DNA from: Macrostomum lignano
Lineage: Eukaryota
Assembly (NCBI GenBank): GCA_002269645.1
Contig: NIVC01001541.1
Location: 1 to 64,000, forward strand
Direction: 5' to 3'
DNA: 64,000 nucleotides
This document shows positions 37,181 to 49,300 of this stretch, piece by piece (the first letter of the stretch is position 1; the number at the start of each line of letters is the position of its first letter). The notes beneath the pieces are model-generated. The model did not search any database. It saw nothing but the letters and a program-made list of their open reading frames with translations, and was not told where the DNA came from. The position numbers and the translations under genes are program-made.

Positions 37181-37907
37181 GAGCCGACCCAAGAGCTGCA
37201 CAGTGTGCCCACTGGCTGACGAAGAAGTTCGGGAGAGTGAGTGATGTGAATAAGGCAGCAAATGTTCTGTAGACGGTATCCCCTGTTTCTCGATTCCCAA
37301 TTGCATGCCGCTGAACAACTTCAACTCTCATTTACAGCGCCGGTGAGACATCGGGACTCTGCCGGCTTTCTCGGGTCCTAAACGGCTGCGGGAACTCTAA
37401 CTGTTTAAACAAAGCTGTTTAACTTACTTTAAACTGAAAACCCTCGTTTTTGTCACTACTAGCATAGATTCAATTTTAGTATATAGGATTTGTATCCAAG
37501 TTATATCATCGTTAAGAATACATTCGGCCCACTCATACTCGAGGGATTCCTTTTTTGTCTCTGAATGTTGTCTGATTACGCAATTGTGCTGTGACCAAAA
37601 TCCCTTGGACATTTTTTAGTCAGCTCCCAAATCTGTACGCTTTTTTCTATTTATACTTGTTCTTATACGATAATTAAACTGGGGTAACTGTCTACGGAGG
37701 AAGAACCATATACAAAACAAACAGATATTTAAACACGTTTCAATCGTGTCGAAAATCCGCAACATACAGTCCAGTCCGCACAGGTGCGAAAATTTATAAA
37801 AGTTAAGATTTTGGTTAGTAAATTGAAGGGGAAATCCCAGTGTTTTGTTGCAAATTTTCGTCACTTGAATGAAAGCAAACTTTTCCCAACAGTCGCCATC
37901 GGTTTAA

Positions 37908-38262
37908 AGGGGCCTGTCAGCTTAAGCTCATAAAGTGGAGCCCGAGTAACCTATGCACACAAATGATATGCCATTCAGCTCACAATGACACTAGGAAGCT
38001 GGGTTTGGCAAAAAGCGACAAAATTGGACTTGGAAGAATAAGCAAGGGGATAATTAAGGAACTATTTACTATTATGTCAACTTAAGCTCATAAAGTAGAG
38101 TCACTATTATCAGCTTTTGCTTGTTTTACCCTATCCCAAGTCAAATTTTCGTCGCTATTTTGCCAAAACTAGCTTCCTAGTGTCATTGTGAGCAGAATGA
38201 CATACTGTATCATTTGTGTGCATAGGTTACTCGGGCTCCACTTTATGAGTTGACAGGGCCCT
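37908..38262. mobile_element. Kolobok-type (TTAA) MITE with long terminal inverted repeats
   Basis: TTAA|AGGGGCCTGTCA ... TGACAGGGCCCT|TTAA; the arms are complementary over about 120 bp. Confidence 0.8.
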
Positions 38263-39147
38263 TTAATGCGGTCCCCAGGCAAGCTTATTAAAATGAATGG
38301 TTCTTTGCCGCTTTAGTTTAATAAAACTGCAGTACTAATGCAGGTGTCACTCAAATTTGTGCGAGCCCTGTCTGCGATTATCTGTTTCCCTCTTATTTAT
38401 CCATACCTTAAGAATAAACAAAATTATTAAGAAGCGGCGCTACTACGTCAGTAAAGACTAAGCATGAGCAAAAAAAGTGTTTCAAAAGGCTTTATTGCAC
38501 TTTATTTGGCAGTATTGCTATATAAGAATATGTTTTAGAAAGGCAAATGATGCTGCAACCGAAGAACGCTTAAAAACAAATCTAAAGCTTTGAGCCAATG
38601 AGATATGAGTACACTATGCAGAGGCTCCATTTACCAACGATAAAAAACTTTTTCATGCGTCGAAAATGTATTAAGAAAATGTCTTAAGCCAGTAGCGTCA
38701 ATTCCACGCAAGGCCGAAAAAATTCGGATTTAGCACAGTTTTAGGTTATACATGTAGATTGCAGATGAAGATTAGGCATTGCACTGTATACCATATGCTA
38801 AGAAAACAAGAAAAAAAGAAAGAAGTGAAGTTCCACCTTCTCCTACGTTTTGAACAGTGAGTGTACAATTCATACTAGCTGAAATTACATTCAAGCCCAG
38901 ACAAGTACATTTTGGACAGTGTACAATCCCGCGCGCGTATTGAAGTGCGCAATGTAACTGTACAGTAATGCCAGGGTGCTTGGTCTGCAGCGGACACCAG
39001 TCGATGAGTAAGTTCCTTGTTATTAGAGAGTAAACCTAATGATAAATGGCTTGTTAAATTAACCAGTTTAGGAGCGCGCTCGGCTACTTTCACAGCTCCA
39101 TACTACAGCAGCAGAAAGTAAAGAAACAATACAAATTCCTCGCAATT

Positions 39148-39889
39148 ATGACCGCGCATGACGAGCTGCAGAAGATAGTCGTTGAATTCGTGGTTGTCGA
39201 GCGACCACTCAATACCAAGCGACCGGACCAAGCGTCCGGCCACAAAGTTCCTCATGAGGGGTGCGTGGTCACCACAGCCGATGGCCAAAAATACCTGATC
39301 GAAAAGGGTGAGTGCTGCCCATTGTGGCCTCTAAAAGTGCTTGACTGTTGCAACTGTGATAATTGACATAATACATAGTAGTATAGTGGATAGAACTTAC
39401 AAATATATCCTCGTTCTGCAACAATTACTGAACCATTTACGAACAGGCGTAGCGCCGGATCACATGGAGGAGCTGCACCGCATCGGTGGCGAAAAGGGCA
39501 GCCGCATTGTGAAGATCGGCAAGAATCTGCCTCCTAACTTCCGGGTTGTCAGGCCAGTAAAGATCAAAAACACTGACGTCACGCTGATGCAGCTGCTGGA
39601 AGCGAGTGGTAAAGACTACAACTGGCTCTGCAGCAACTGCTGGAATTCTACTGAGAGCATACAGAGAGTTTTGACAGAGAAGGCGCAGCTGCCGTGGCAG
39701 TTCAAGGCCGGACTTGACGCTGGAATAATGGGCGTCATTGCGATGGTGCTGTTCGTCTTGATTTTTCGCGGCGGTGCCATGGTAAGATTCCTTCATCATT
39801 TAGAATCATTTAGCTTTTCTCCTGGTTTACAATTTGCGACAAGGTCTGGCACTCTTGGCCCAAAACTCCGATTATGGTCGTTAGCTTAA
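39148..39889 (+). CDS. LRAT/PPPDE-like (permuted papain-fold) protein, paralogue B; exons 39148-39307 and 39447-39781/39889, possible extra exon from 39911
   Basis: PHEGCVVTTADGQKYLIEKG and YNWLCSNCWNS motifs, TM-like GIMGVIAMVLFVLIF, and a phase-1 GT-AG intron. Clearly homologous to 36470-37050. Confidence 0.75.
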
Positions 39890-40664
39890 TTTGTTTTGTT
39901 TTTCTAACAGAATTTATTGGTACTGGGCTTTAGTGCAAATTACAATCATGAGCAACTCAATGAGATTTGCGAGAGAGTGCAAACCACTCGTTTTGCCCAC
40001 TCGTTTGAGATCAGTGTAGTCCCAAGTAGCAAATGCTGTGTAGATGCTACCTCCTGTTCCTCGATTCCCTATTGCATGCCGATGAACAACTCAACTCTCA
40101 TTTACAGACCAACTGAGACATCCTGCCGGTTCTCGGGTCCTAAACGGCAACGGGAACTCAAACTGTTTAAAAAATTAAACTATAATTTGTTAGGCTGTCT
40201 GCCCCGCGCACACTCTCCTCACCTCCGCACTGTGCCTATAAATTCACTACGAATATTCCCCAAATTTCTTCACTCTTTCGCTCGTGTTCTCTGGTTTTCT
40301 CGCTAGAATACGCTTGTACACGATTCCAAATACAAGCGTTTTGGAGTATCCCGAAATTCTATCCCAAACTGAGTTAGTTGAGTTGGGGATATCAGAAAAA
40401 CAGGAAAGATCATTTGGCAGTGAGACAATTAGTGACTTAGTACTTGGATTAAAAAAATAAATGGCGAGTTAAGAGGCCTCAGCGGCTTAATAACTTCAAT
40501 TTTCCTATTGTGTTCAATTTAAGCAGAATTCCCGTTGTCATACAGTTCTTAATTCTGTTGCGCAATACCATTACTATTATAGTAATTTCCAACTCAGTTC
40601 GCAGAAACTCCATTGTTTTTTCATTGAATTAAGTAAAAATACACACTCACTACACAAACATTTA

Positions 40665-40787
40665 GGGGGCGTACTACGAGCTATAAAGCTGTCGTTGCGT
40701 AAGTTGGATCGTACGCCGGAACTTTTACACTGCGGAGATGGTAGCTAAGAACGATCTTATCTTACGATGGCTTTATAGAACGGGCCC
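40665..40787. mobile_element. Short PIF/Harbinger-type MITE
   Basis: TTA flanks on both sides and imperfect TIRs GGG..CG...CTATAAAGC..TCGT / ACGA..GCTTTATAG..CGGGCCC. Confidence 0.45.
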
Positions 40788-41559
40788 TTATTCTCTTTCC
40801 GAACAGTCTCTCCTCTGAAACTTGTTTAATTTTGTTTATCTTTCACTGTGGGATTTTGTGTAAGAAAATATCGTAGCATTAATAGTGTGTTGCATTCACG
40901 GATGAAGGAGACGTGGGTTCTATTCGTCGATCAAGAACGTCTGTCGTGAAAAACCCATAGAGAAAGATTTTTTAGCTTGGCAGAGTGAATGAAAAATCCC
41001 ACCCGTCTGTCTTATGGTTAGGCGAAGGGGAAGTTACTGGTCGCATTGCCAATTTTTCGTACTTTAATAGAAAAAAAATTCTTTCCAACGTCTGAGCTGC
41101 ATCTCTGCAAGTGGCCCTCAAGCAAACGCATTAGCGTCGGGGTCTCCCGGCACTGATATTTTCGAAAATAAAAGTCCTGCATCGAGTGAATTTGAGCATG
41201 AGTTGCGTCATGATTATTGGGGTGTACCACTGTACCTACAATAAATACATGTAGATGAGAGAGTCGGTAAACTCAGTACAGAGTCGTATCTTGTCTACCT
41301 ACCAAAGGTCCTTGACGAGGTGCCAGCATGAGGGGGTGATAAAAGAGAGGATTATATGAAACGGATTAGCAAAATCTAATTGAGGAATCCAAATATATTT
41401 GTTACATTTTTAGAATGCAGCTAACTTTTTGTTGGGGATTTCCAAACCTCAAGAACATTTTTCCTGCGTCATAACGGAGCAACGCAGGCACACAAAGACG
41501 TCAATAAGCAAGTCCTCCAAGACAGTCCATTCGAATTCATCTGGCTGAGCTTTTGTATC

Positions 41560-44500
41560 TGTTGGGGTTGTACTTTGGTTTTTCATGTTGTTTCACTTGT
41601 CTCTCTCTCTCTCTCTCCCGTGACTGATAATTCTTGCGCGCTATCGTTTTACCCCTACCTGTGTACATTTGTGCTTGCCAGTGTGCATGGTTTTAACCCC
41701 CAGCCAATCGGATGGCGTTTGTCTACTAATGTACGTGGTTTCGTGTTATGTAGTCAAATAAATACTTTCGTCACTTCGGTAGAGATCTTTCAATGGTATT
41801 CTCCTTCGCTTGCAAACATGACTTGACTCAGTTTTCCTAGACCAACATTTTGGCGTCGCGAGCAGGATCATGAGCATCAAATTGAGAGAGACGCTGCCGT
41901 TGAGCAACATAGATGAGCTTCGCGCCTGGGTTGAAGTATTTGACGCCCAGGCCAGATCCAAAGGAGTCGAAGATACCGACGAGAGACGAGCGCTGACCGA
42001 CGCTTTCATGGGCTGCCTCGGGGTCGCTGAGCTCATAAAAGTCAAGCAGCTGGTTGCTCCAAAAACCCCGTCTGCGATGAAATGGTCTGAAATCAAGCAA
42101 TGCCTACTGGCGTTTGTGGAGCCCAAGAAGAAACTGCAGATCGCTGAGAGGACAGCCTTCATGTCTATGCGCCAGGCCGAAGGCGAAACCGTCACCAGCT
42201 ATGCCGCTCGTCTCAGGGAGCAAGCCGTCGTATGCGAGTTCGAGAGCCTGAAAAAGGAAGGAGCGGACCCCGCCGAAGCGCTCATCAAGATGCGGCTCAT
42301 TGCCGGTCTGGCCAACTCGAACATCAGGAACAAGGTGCTCGAGCGTGAAGTGACTCAAGAACTGACGGTCGATCAGGTCACAGAATATGTTCAGCAGCTG
42401 CTGATGGTCAGCAACTTTTCAGCTGGGTCACAGGCTGCTGCTCACTCGACTCTCGTGGATTCGGTGGTGCACCAGGCTAGGTCGCTGTCGACCGCGGGTC
42501 CGACTACGGCTGATGAAGCTCACTGCCATCCGGATAGCTCCGGCTCTGTCAACGTTAATTCGGTTATGAGGCAGAAGCAGAACTTCGGACACCAGCGCTG
42601 TCAGCGTTGCGGGTTGAGATCGCACCAGAAGCCCGCTGACTGCCGAGCCCTGAGAGCCACCTGCAATCAATGTGGAAAGGCTGGCCACTTTGCCCGTGTG
42701 TGCCGCGGCGCCAGGACCCACTTCGCTGCCCCAGCTGAAGCAGTCGGCACTCAGCTGAGTCCAGAAGACTCCTATCGTGATGAGCCCGTATTCTACTGTG
42801 GAGAAGGAAAGCCTGCCGAGTTCTGCACTGTGAAAATCAATCACAGAGAAGTACTGATGGAGAAGGACAGCGGTGCCTCCTGCTCGTTAATCTCACGAAG
42901 GTTCTGGAATGAGCTCGGAAGGCCCCCGCTGAAGTCGGCGAAGTCGCGCATGCTGGCGTATGACGGACACGTTATGAGACAGATGGGCGTTCTGGAATGC
43001 CTGGTGGAGACCACTGGCAACATCGGCCGCTTCAAGGCGGCAGAGCTGCCCGTCATCGACTGCCAACAGGAGTTTGGGCTGCTCGGCCGGAATCTGCTGG
43101 TCCTCGCACCGGTGCACCATGCCAGTTCTGATGAGTCAGCCGCCAGCAACAGGTATGAGAGCTTGTTGGGAATATCTGGTGCTACGGGAGAAATCCGTCT
43201 TTGTGCTGGAGCTAGGCCAATTTTCCAGGCAGCCAGAGAACTGCCCTTAGCGCTGAAGCACTTGGTTAAGAAGGAGCTGGACCTGATGGAAAGTGCTGGA
43301 ATCGTTGAGAAGGTGATGTCGTCGGAATGGGGCAGTCCAATTGTGGTGACGGTGAAGTCAGATCGGGCATCCGTGAGAATTTGTGGAGATTATTCGGCTG
43401 TTAATCGGTTGGTTCAAGACCAGACCTTCCTCACTCCCTCGATTGAGACAGCCTTTTCGAAAATGGCCAACAAGAAGCTGTTCTGTCGGTTGGACCTATC
43501 GGATGCGTACTATCAGGTTCCCCTGGATGAGGAATCGAAAGCGGTGACCACCATAAACACTCCGTTTGGTTGCTACAGGTTTAACCGGTTGCCGTATGGC
43601 ATTAAGGTGTCGCCATCTGTTTTTCAACGTGTGATGGAAAAGCTCCTGGGAGACCATCCATGTGTCATAGTATATCAGGACGATGTGCTGATCGGTGCTG
43701 CGAGCCGGGCAGAGTTGCAGAAAATTAGGGAGCAGGTGCTCAACAAGTTAAAGGCCGCAAATGTCAAGATCAACGAGGCGAAGTGCGTGATGGAAGCCAA
43801 CAGCCTGAAGTTTCTTGGTCACATTATTGATGATGAAGGAATAAAACCCGATCCGGGCATGGTGAAACGTGTGATGGATGTCGAGGTGCCGAAGACCAAG
43901 AAAGATTTGGAGAGATTTCTAGGACTGGCTCAATTTTATGGACGGCTGGTTCCAAACTTTTCTGAGAAATGTCGGCCTCTTCAGGAGCTTCGCCGCGGTG
44001 ACCGGGTCTTTGAATGGAACGCGGTGGCTGAGGCGGCATTTTCGGAGGTCAAAAGGAGTCTGGCCTCAAACCCGTGCATCAAGCCGTTTGATGTTTCCGC
44101 GCCTGTCTGTCTTCGAGTTGATGCGAGCGAGAAATCCTTGGGCGCGGTGCTGGTCCAGTCTGGACATCCCGTCATGTTCATGTCCAGGGCGCTCACACAG
44201 GCAGAAACCAACTACTCAAACATCGAGAGAGAAGCGCTGGCTATTGTTTGGGCGGTTGAACGAGCTCGAAAAATGTTGCTAGGGAAGAAATTCATTCTGC
44301 AGACCGATCACGAGCCTTTGAAGTTTATTCTGAATCCTTGCAAGAATCTTCCAAACACTGTTTCTGCCAGACTAACCCGGTGGGCTCTGCGGCTATCGGC
44401 TTATGATTACGAGATTGAATATGTGCCGGGAAAGAAGATGCAGGATGCTGACGCTCTATCAAGGCTGAGCTTTGAAAACCTCGATCCTGAGACGGAGTCT

Positions 44501-46111
44501 GTTCATCAGACTGAGTTGATCACTGACGGAGGCTTGGTTACCGTGGAGGAGCTGAGAGAAAGTACTTCCCGGTGTTCACTGCTTCAAAGACTCCAGCAGA
44601 GAATCAGGACAGGCCGGTGGGGTCAGGTCTCTCAGCTGGAGCGGCCGTACAAAGCGTGTCGGGAAGCGTTGTCTGTGGAGAACGGGCTGGTCATCCACGG
44701 TACCAGGGTGGTGCCTCCGACCATTCTCCGGCGGCGCATTTTGGAGACCGCGCATGATGAGGTGCACCCGAGCGCGGAAAATACGAAGGCCCATGTGTCT
44801 AAGGAGTTCTGGTAACCTGGACTGAATCGCGATGTCCGTCAGTTTGTTGAGCGGTGTCAGCTGTGCGCTGAAAGACGGCCGGTGGTTCAGCGGAAAATTG
44901 ACATCTGGCCATCCGAGAGCGAGCCGTGGTCCCGGGTCCACATGGACCACTGTGAGGTGCCAGGAGTGGGCTTGCTACTGTTGCTGTCTGATGCATACTC
45001 GGGTTGGCCAGAAGCTGTCCAGGTCCCAGACAGGTCTGCGGGCAGTGTGCTGAGAGTGCTGAGAGCGGTGTTCGCCAGAAATGGAGTGCCTCGGACGCTA
45101 GTGTCGGATAATGCGCCCGAGTTCAGGTCGGAAAGAGTCTCGCAGTGGCTGAACAGTGTCGGCTGCCAGGAGATGCACACCCCACCGTACCATCCGGCAT
45201 CGAACGGGCAGGCTGAGCGGTTGGTGAGGAGTCTCAAAGGCGGGCTGAAGACGTGGACGAAAGTGGTCCCATTTGACCAGTTCCTGCAGAAATTGCTCCT
45301 AACCATTCGCACCAGCAGGCCTAGCGGGAATCGTTCCAGCTCGCCGGACATTCTCATGTGGGGACGCCGGCTGCGCCATCCGCTGACGATGACCGAGCAG
45401 GTGGGTGACTCCATCTGGCTGAGGGCTCGGCCTGGCACGGCTCCGGTTCCGGCCAAGTTCATCGTGCAGCACGGCCGGAACACAGCTCTGGTGACCTCAG
45501 CTGACCTACCAGACGGTGGACTGCGGATGGCGCACGCAAACCAATGGAGCTGCCGCCCGGAGGCGGAGGCCGATCGGCGGCTGACCGAGGCGGCTGGATC
45601 CGAGGATCAGGCTGGGCTATCGATTCAGGGTGCCAAGGCTGGCTCTGACTCGGAGCTGCGTGAACCTGAGGTGACTGACTGTGACTCCCCGCTGAGTTCT
45701 GGAGATGAGACTCTCCAGCCCCAAAGCTCGTATGATTTGCGGCCTCGTAAACCTGTTTGTTATAAGGTCTAAGGGCAGGTCTTGGTTTCTTTTGTTTTGT
45801 TTTGCTGCTTTTGGGGGAAGCAGTGTTGGGGTTGTACTTTGGTTTTTCATGTTGTTTCACTTGTCTCTCTCTCTCTCTCTCCCGTGACTGATAATTCTTG
45901 CGCGCTATCGTTTTACCCCTACCTGTGTACATTTGTGCTTGCCAGTGTGCATGGTTTTAACCCCCAGCCAATCGGATGGCGTTTGTCTACTAATGTACGT
46001 GGTTTCGTGTTATGTAGTCAAATAAATACTTTCGTCACTTCGGTAGAGATCTTTCAATGGTATTCTCCTTCGCTTGCAAACATGACTTGACTCAGTTTTC
46101 CTAGACCAACA
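41560..46111 (+). mobile_element. Full-length Ty3/Gypsy LTR retrotransposon (Mag-like)
   Basis: 288-bp LTRs 41560-41847 and 45824-46111 (TG...CA, identical by eye), TSD GTATC, PBS TGGCGTCGCGAGCAGGA at 41851, PPT GGGGGAAGCAG at 45813-45823. Confidence 0.97.
41870..45772 (+). CDS. Gag-pol polyprotein (two Cys/His knuckles, protease DSG, RT YQDD, RNase H DAS, integrase DDE), interrupted by an in-frame TAA at 44813-44815
   Basis: ORFs 41870-44815 and 44882-45772 are in the same frame; reading through gives EFW*PGLNRDVRQFVERCQLC. Confidence 0.95.
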
Positions 46112-46345
46112 GTATCTTTAACAGGTGTTAGCCGAAGCACACCACTTGGAAATACATTTTAGACAGCTAAAACAGTGAACCTGAAAATCTAAGAGGCTGA
46201 TATTGTAGGATAGTGAAATTGCATTTTACATTGATTCGATTGTGTCTACGTCGTACTAAAGGAACCAAATGATGCTGTTGTGGAGTAAGCTCGTTACTGT
46301 ATTGTCACATTTTTACATTCTCAGTGGATTTTGTATTGTTGGGAG

Positions 46346-49300
46346 TCAAGCCGCCAGCCTCCGCAGCACCTCATCGGCCGCTCTCTGGCCGCTCTGCACC
46401 GCTCCCTCCATGGTGCCGATCCACTCGGTGGCGAAGTCCGCGCCAGCGAAGTGCAGCCGCCCGGTTGGCTGCAGCAGCGCCGTCGAGTCGCAGAGGCCGA
46501 CAGCGGCGCCGGGCGGCAGCGGGCTCGCCCCGGTCGGGCTGGCGCCCCAGTCGTGCTCCACGTAATCCACGTAGCCGTCCACCTCCGGCCTGGGGAAGAA
46601 GCGGGCCAGGTGCGACAGGATGTCCGCCCGACGGGCCTCGGCGTTGGGCCAGCTGTGCTCGGTGGTGTACCCGGTGGCCACCATCAGGGCTGGCTGGCGA
46701 CCGTCTGGAGAGGTGACCTCGCCGGCCAGGGCGATCGGTGCCACCGGCATGGCGCTGCCGGGCACCGGGCTGCCCAGGTGCGACAGGATGTCTCCACTGC
46801 AGCCCTGACTGCGCCAGAACGCGGTCGGGTAGGTCAGCACCGCGGTGACAGCGGAGGTCATCCAGCCGGGTGAGGCTGCGAACGAGCCGGCAGCTTCGAT
46901 GAGGCCTCGCTTCGGAGCAGGAAGCTCGGGCGAGAAGCGAATGCGAGACAGGACTGCCAGGGGCGGAGTGAGCACCTGTTCATTGGGGATTCCAAACCGC
47001 CTGCTCAGGTGTCAGAGTTAATCAAGACCTGGTGCTTTGGGAATTAGCGGTGAAATATCAAAGAAATACTCTACTCAGTGTGCAGGATCACAGTGTGCAG
47101 GATCACAGTGTGCAGGATCACAGTGTGCAGGATCACAGTGTGCAGGATCACAGTGTGCAGGATCACAGTGTGCAGGATCACAGTGTGCAGGATCACAGTG
47201 TGCAGTATCACAGTGTGCAGGATCACAGTGTGCAGGATCACAGTGTGCAGGATCACAGTGTGCAGGATCACAGTGTGCAGGATCACAGTGTGCAGGATCA
47301 CAGTGTGCAGGATCACAGTGTGCAGGATCACAGTGTGCAGGATCACAGTGTGCAGGATCACAGTGTGCAGGATCACAGTGTGCAGGATCACAGTGTGCAG
47401 GATCAATTCTCGAGCACTTACCGCATAGCTGGCGGTCACCTCTTCGCCGGAGCGGACGGTCAGGCGGACTTCGTCCTCTGTGGCCGACACCTGCATCAAC
47501 TCCCGGCCGAGGAGAACTCGGTCGGACCCGATGCGCTCGGCCAGGGCTGTGCAGACCGCCTGTAGGATATTAAAAATTGCTTTGCCTAAGACACCTTATT
47601 GACATGTCCTATCCAATTTTATAAAATTGCCTTCAGTCAAGATTCGGTTCAGCCACCTGAAAGACAGTGGCGCCAACCAAGAGACAGGGGTGCCAACCTA
47701 AGAGACAGTGGCGCCAACCAAGAGACAGGGGCGCCAACCTAAGAGACAGGGGCGCCAACCAAGAGACAACGGCGCCAACCTAAGAGACAGCGGCGCCAAC
47801 CTAAAAGACAGGGGCGCCAGCCTAAGAGACAGGGGCGCCAACCAAGAGACAGGGGCGCCAACCAAGAGACAGGGACGCCAACCTAAAAGACAGGAAACTC
47901 ACCTGAGCGCCCTCCTCGATCCTGAGCTCGCTGCCATCGGACAGCAGCGCCAAGAAGCCTCCAGCCGAGTTGGCGATCCGCAGCGCCTGCAGGCAGGAGA
48001 TTCTGTCCGGCTCACCGTCGAAGCACGGCTCCGCGATGGCCGTCAGGCACTGCCTGGTGGCCTGGCGCCACGTCTCCTTCTCGATCTTCTTGGACAGAGT
48101 CATGCCGTCGAGATTCGTCCAGCTGGGTCTGCTCTCCATCAGGGTCTTGGACAGCTTGTCCAGGCTCTTGATGCCCTTGTCCAGATCCAGCAGCGTCAGT
48201 GTGCCCAGGTTCGGCGTCTCGCCCTCGTACCTGTCGATGGTGTCGCCGATCTCGAGGATGTTCTTCCCGGCCGATTCGGGCTGCTCGCTGACCGTCAGTC
48301 CGAAGTCTCTGTTTGAGGAGTCCGAAGTCAGGAACCCGCTTTGAGAGTCAGGAACCCGCTTTCCGCTTTGAGAGTCAGAAACCCTCTTTGAGAGCCAAGA
48401 AACCCACTTTGAGAGCCAAGAAACTCGCTTTGAGAGCCAAGAAACCTGCTTTGAGAGCCAAGAAACCCGCTTTGAGAGCCAAGAAACCCGCTTTGAGAGC
48501 CAAGAAACCCGCTTTGAGAGCCAAGAAACCCGCTTTGAGAGCCAAGAAACCCGCTTTGAGAGTCAGGAACCCGCTTTGAGTGTCAGGAACCCGCTTTGAG
48601 AGCCAAGAAACTCGCTTTGAGAGTCAGGAACCGCTTTGAGAGTCAGGAACCGCTTTGAGAGCCAAGAAGCTCGCTTTGAGAGCCAAGAAACCCGCTTTGA
48701 GAGCCAAGAAACCCGCTTTGAGAGCCAAGAAACCCGCTTTGAGAGCCAAGAAACTCGCTTTGAGAGTCAGGAACCGCTTTGAGAGTCAGGAACCGCTTTG
48801 AGAGCCAAGAAGCTCGCTTTGAGAGTCAGGAACCGCTTTGAGAGTCAGAAACCCGCTTTGAGAGCCAAGAAACTCGCTTTGAGAGCCAAGAAACTCGCTT
48901 TGAGAGTCAGGAACCCGCTTTGAGAGCCAAGAAACTCGCTTTGAGAGTCAAGAAACTCGCTTTGAGAGTCAGGAACCCGCTTTGAGAGTCAGGAACCCGC
49001 TTTGAGAGTCAGGAACCCGCTTTGAGAGTCGGGAACCCGCTTTGAGAGTCAGGAACCCGCTTTGAGAGTCAGAAACTCGCTTTGAGAGCCAAGAAGCTCG
49101 CTTTGAGAGCCAAGAAGTTGAGAGCCAAGAAACCCGCTTTGAGAGCCAAGAAACTCGCTTTGAGAGTCAAGAAACTCGCTTTGAGAGTCAGGAACCCGCT
49201 TTGAGAGTCAGGAACCCGCTTTGAGAGTCAGGAACCCGCTTTGAGAGTCAGGAACCCGCTTTGAGAGTCAGGAACCCGCTTTGAGAGTCAGGAACCCGCT

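Noticed and set aside
40870-40920. tRNA/SINE-like head (GTAGCATTAATAGT...GGGTTCTATTC)
   Set aside because: Degenerate A and B boxes and no cloverleaf.
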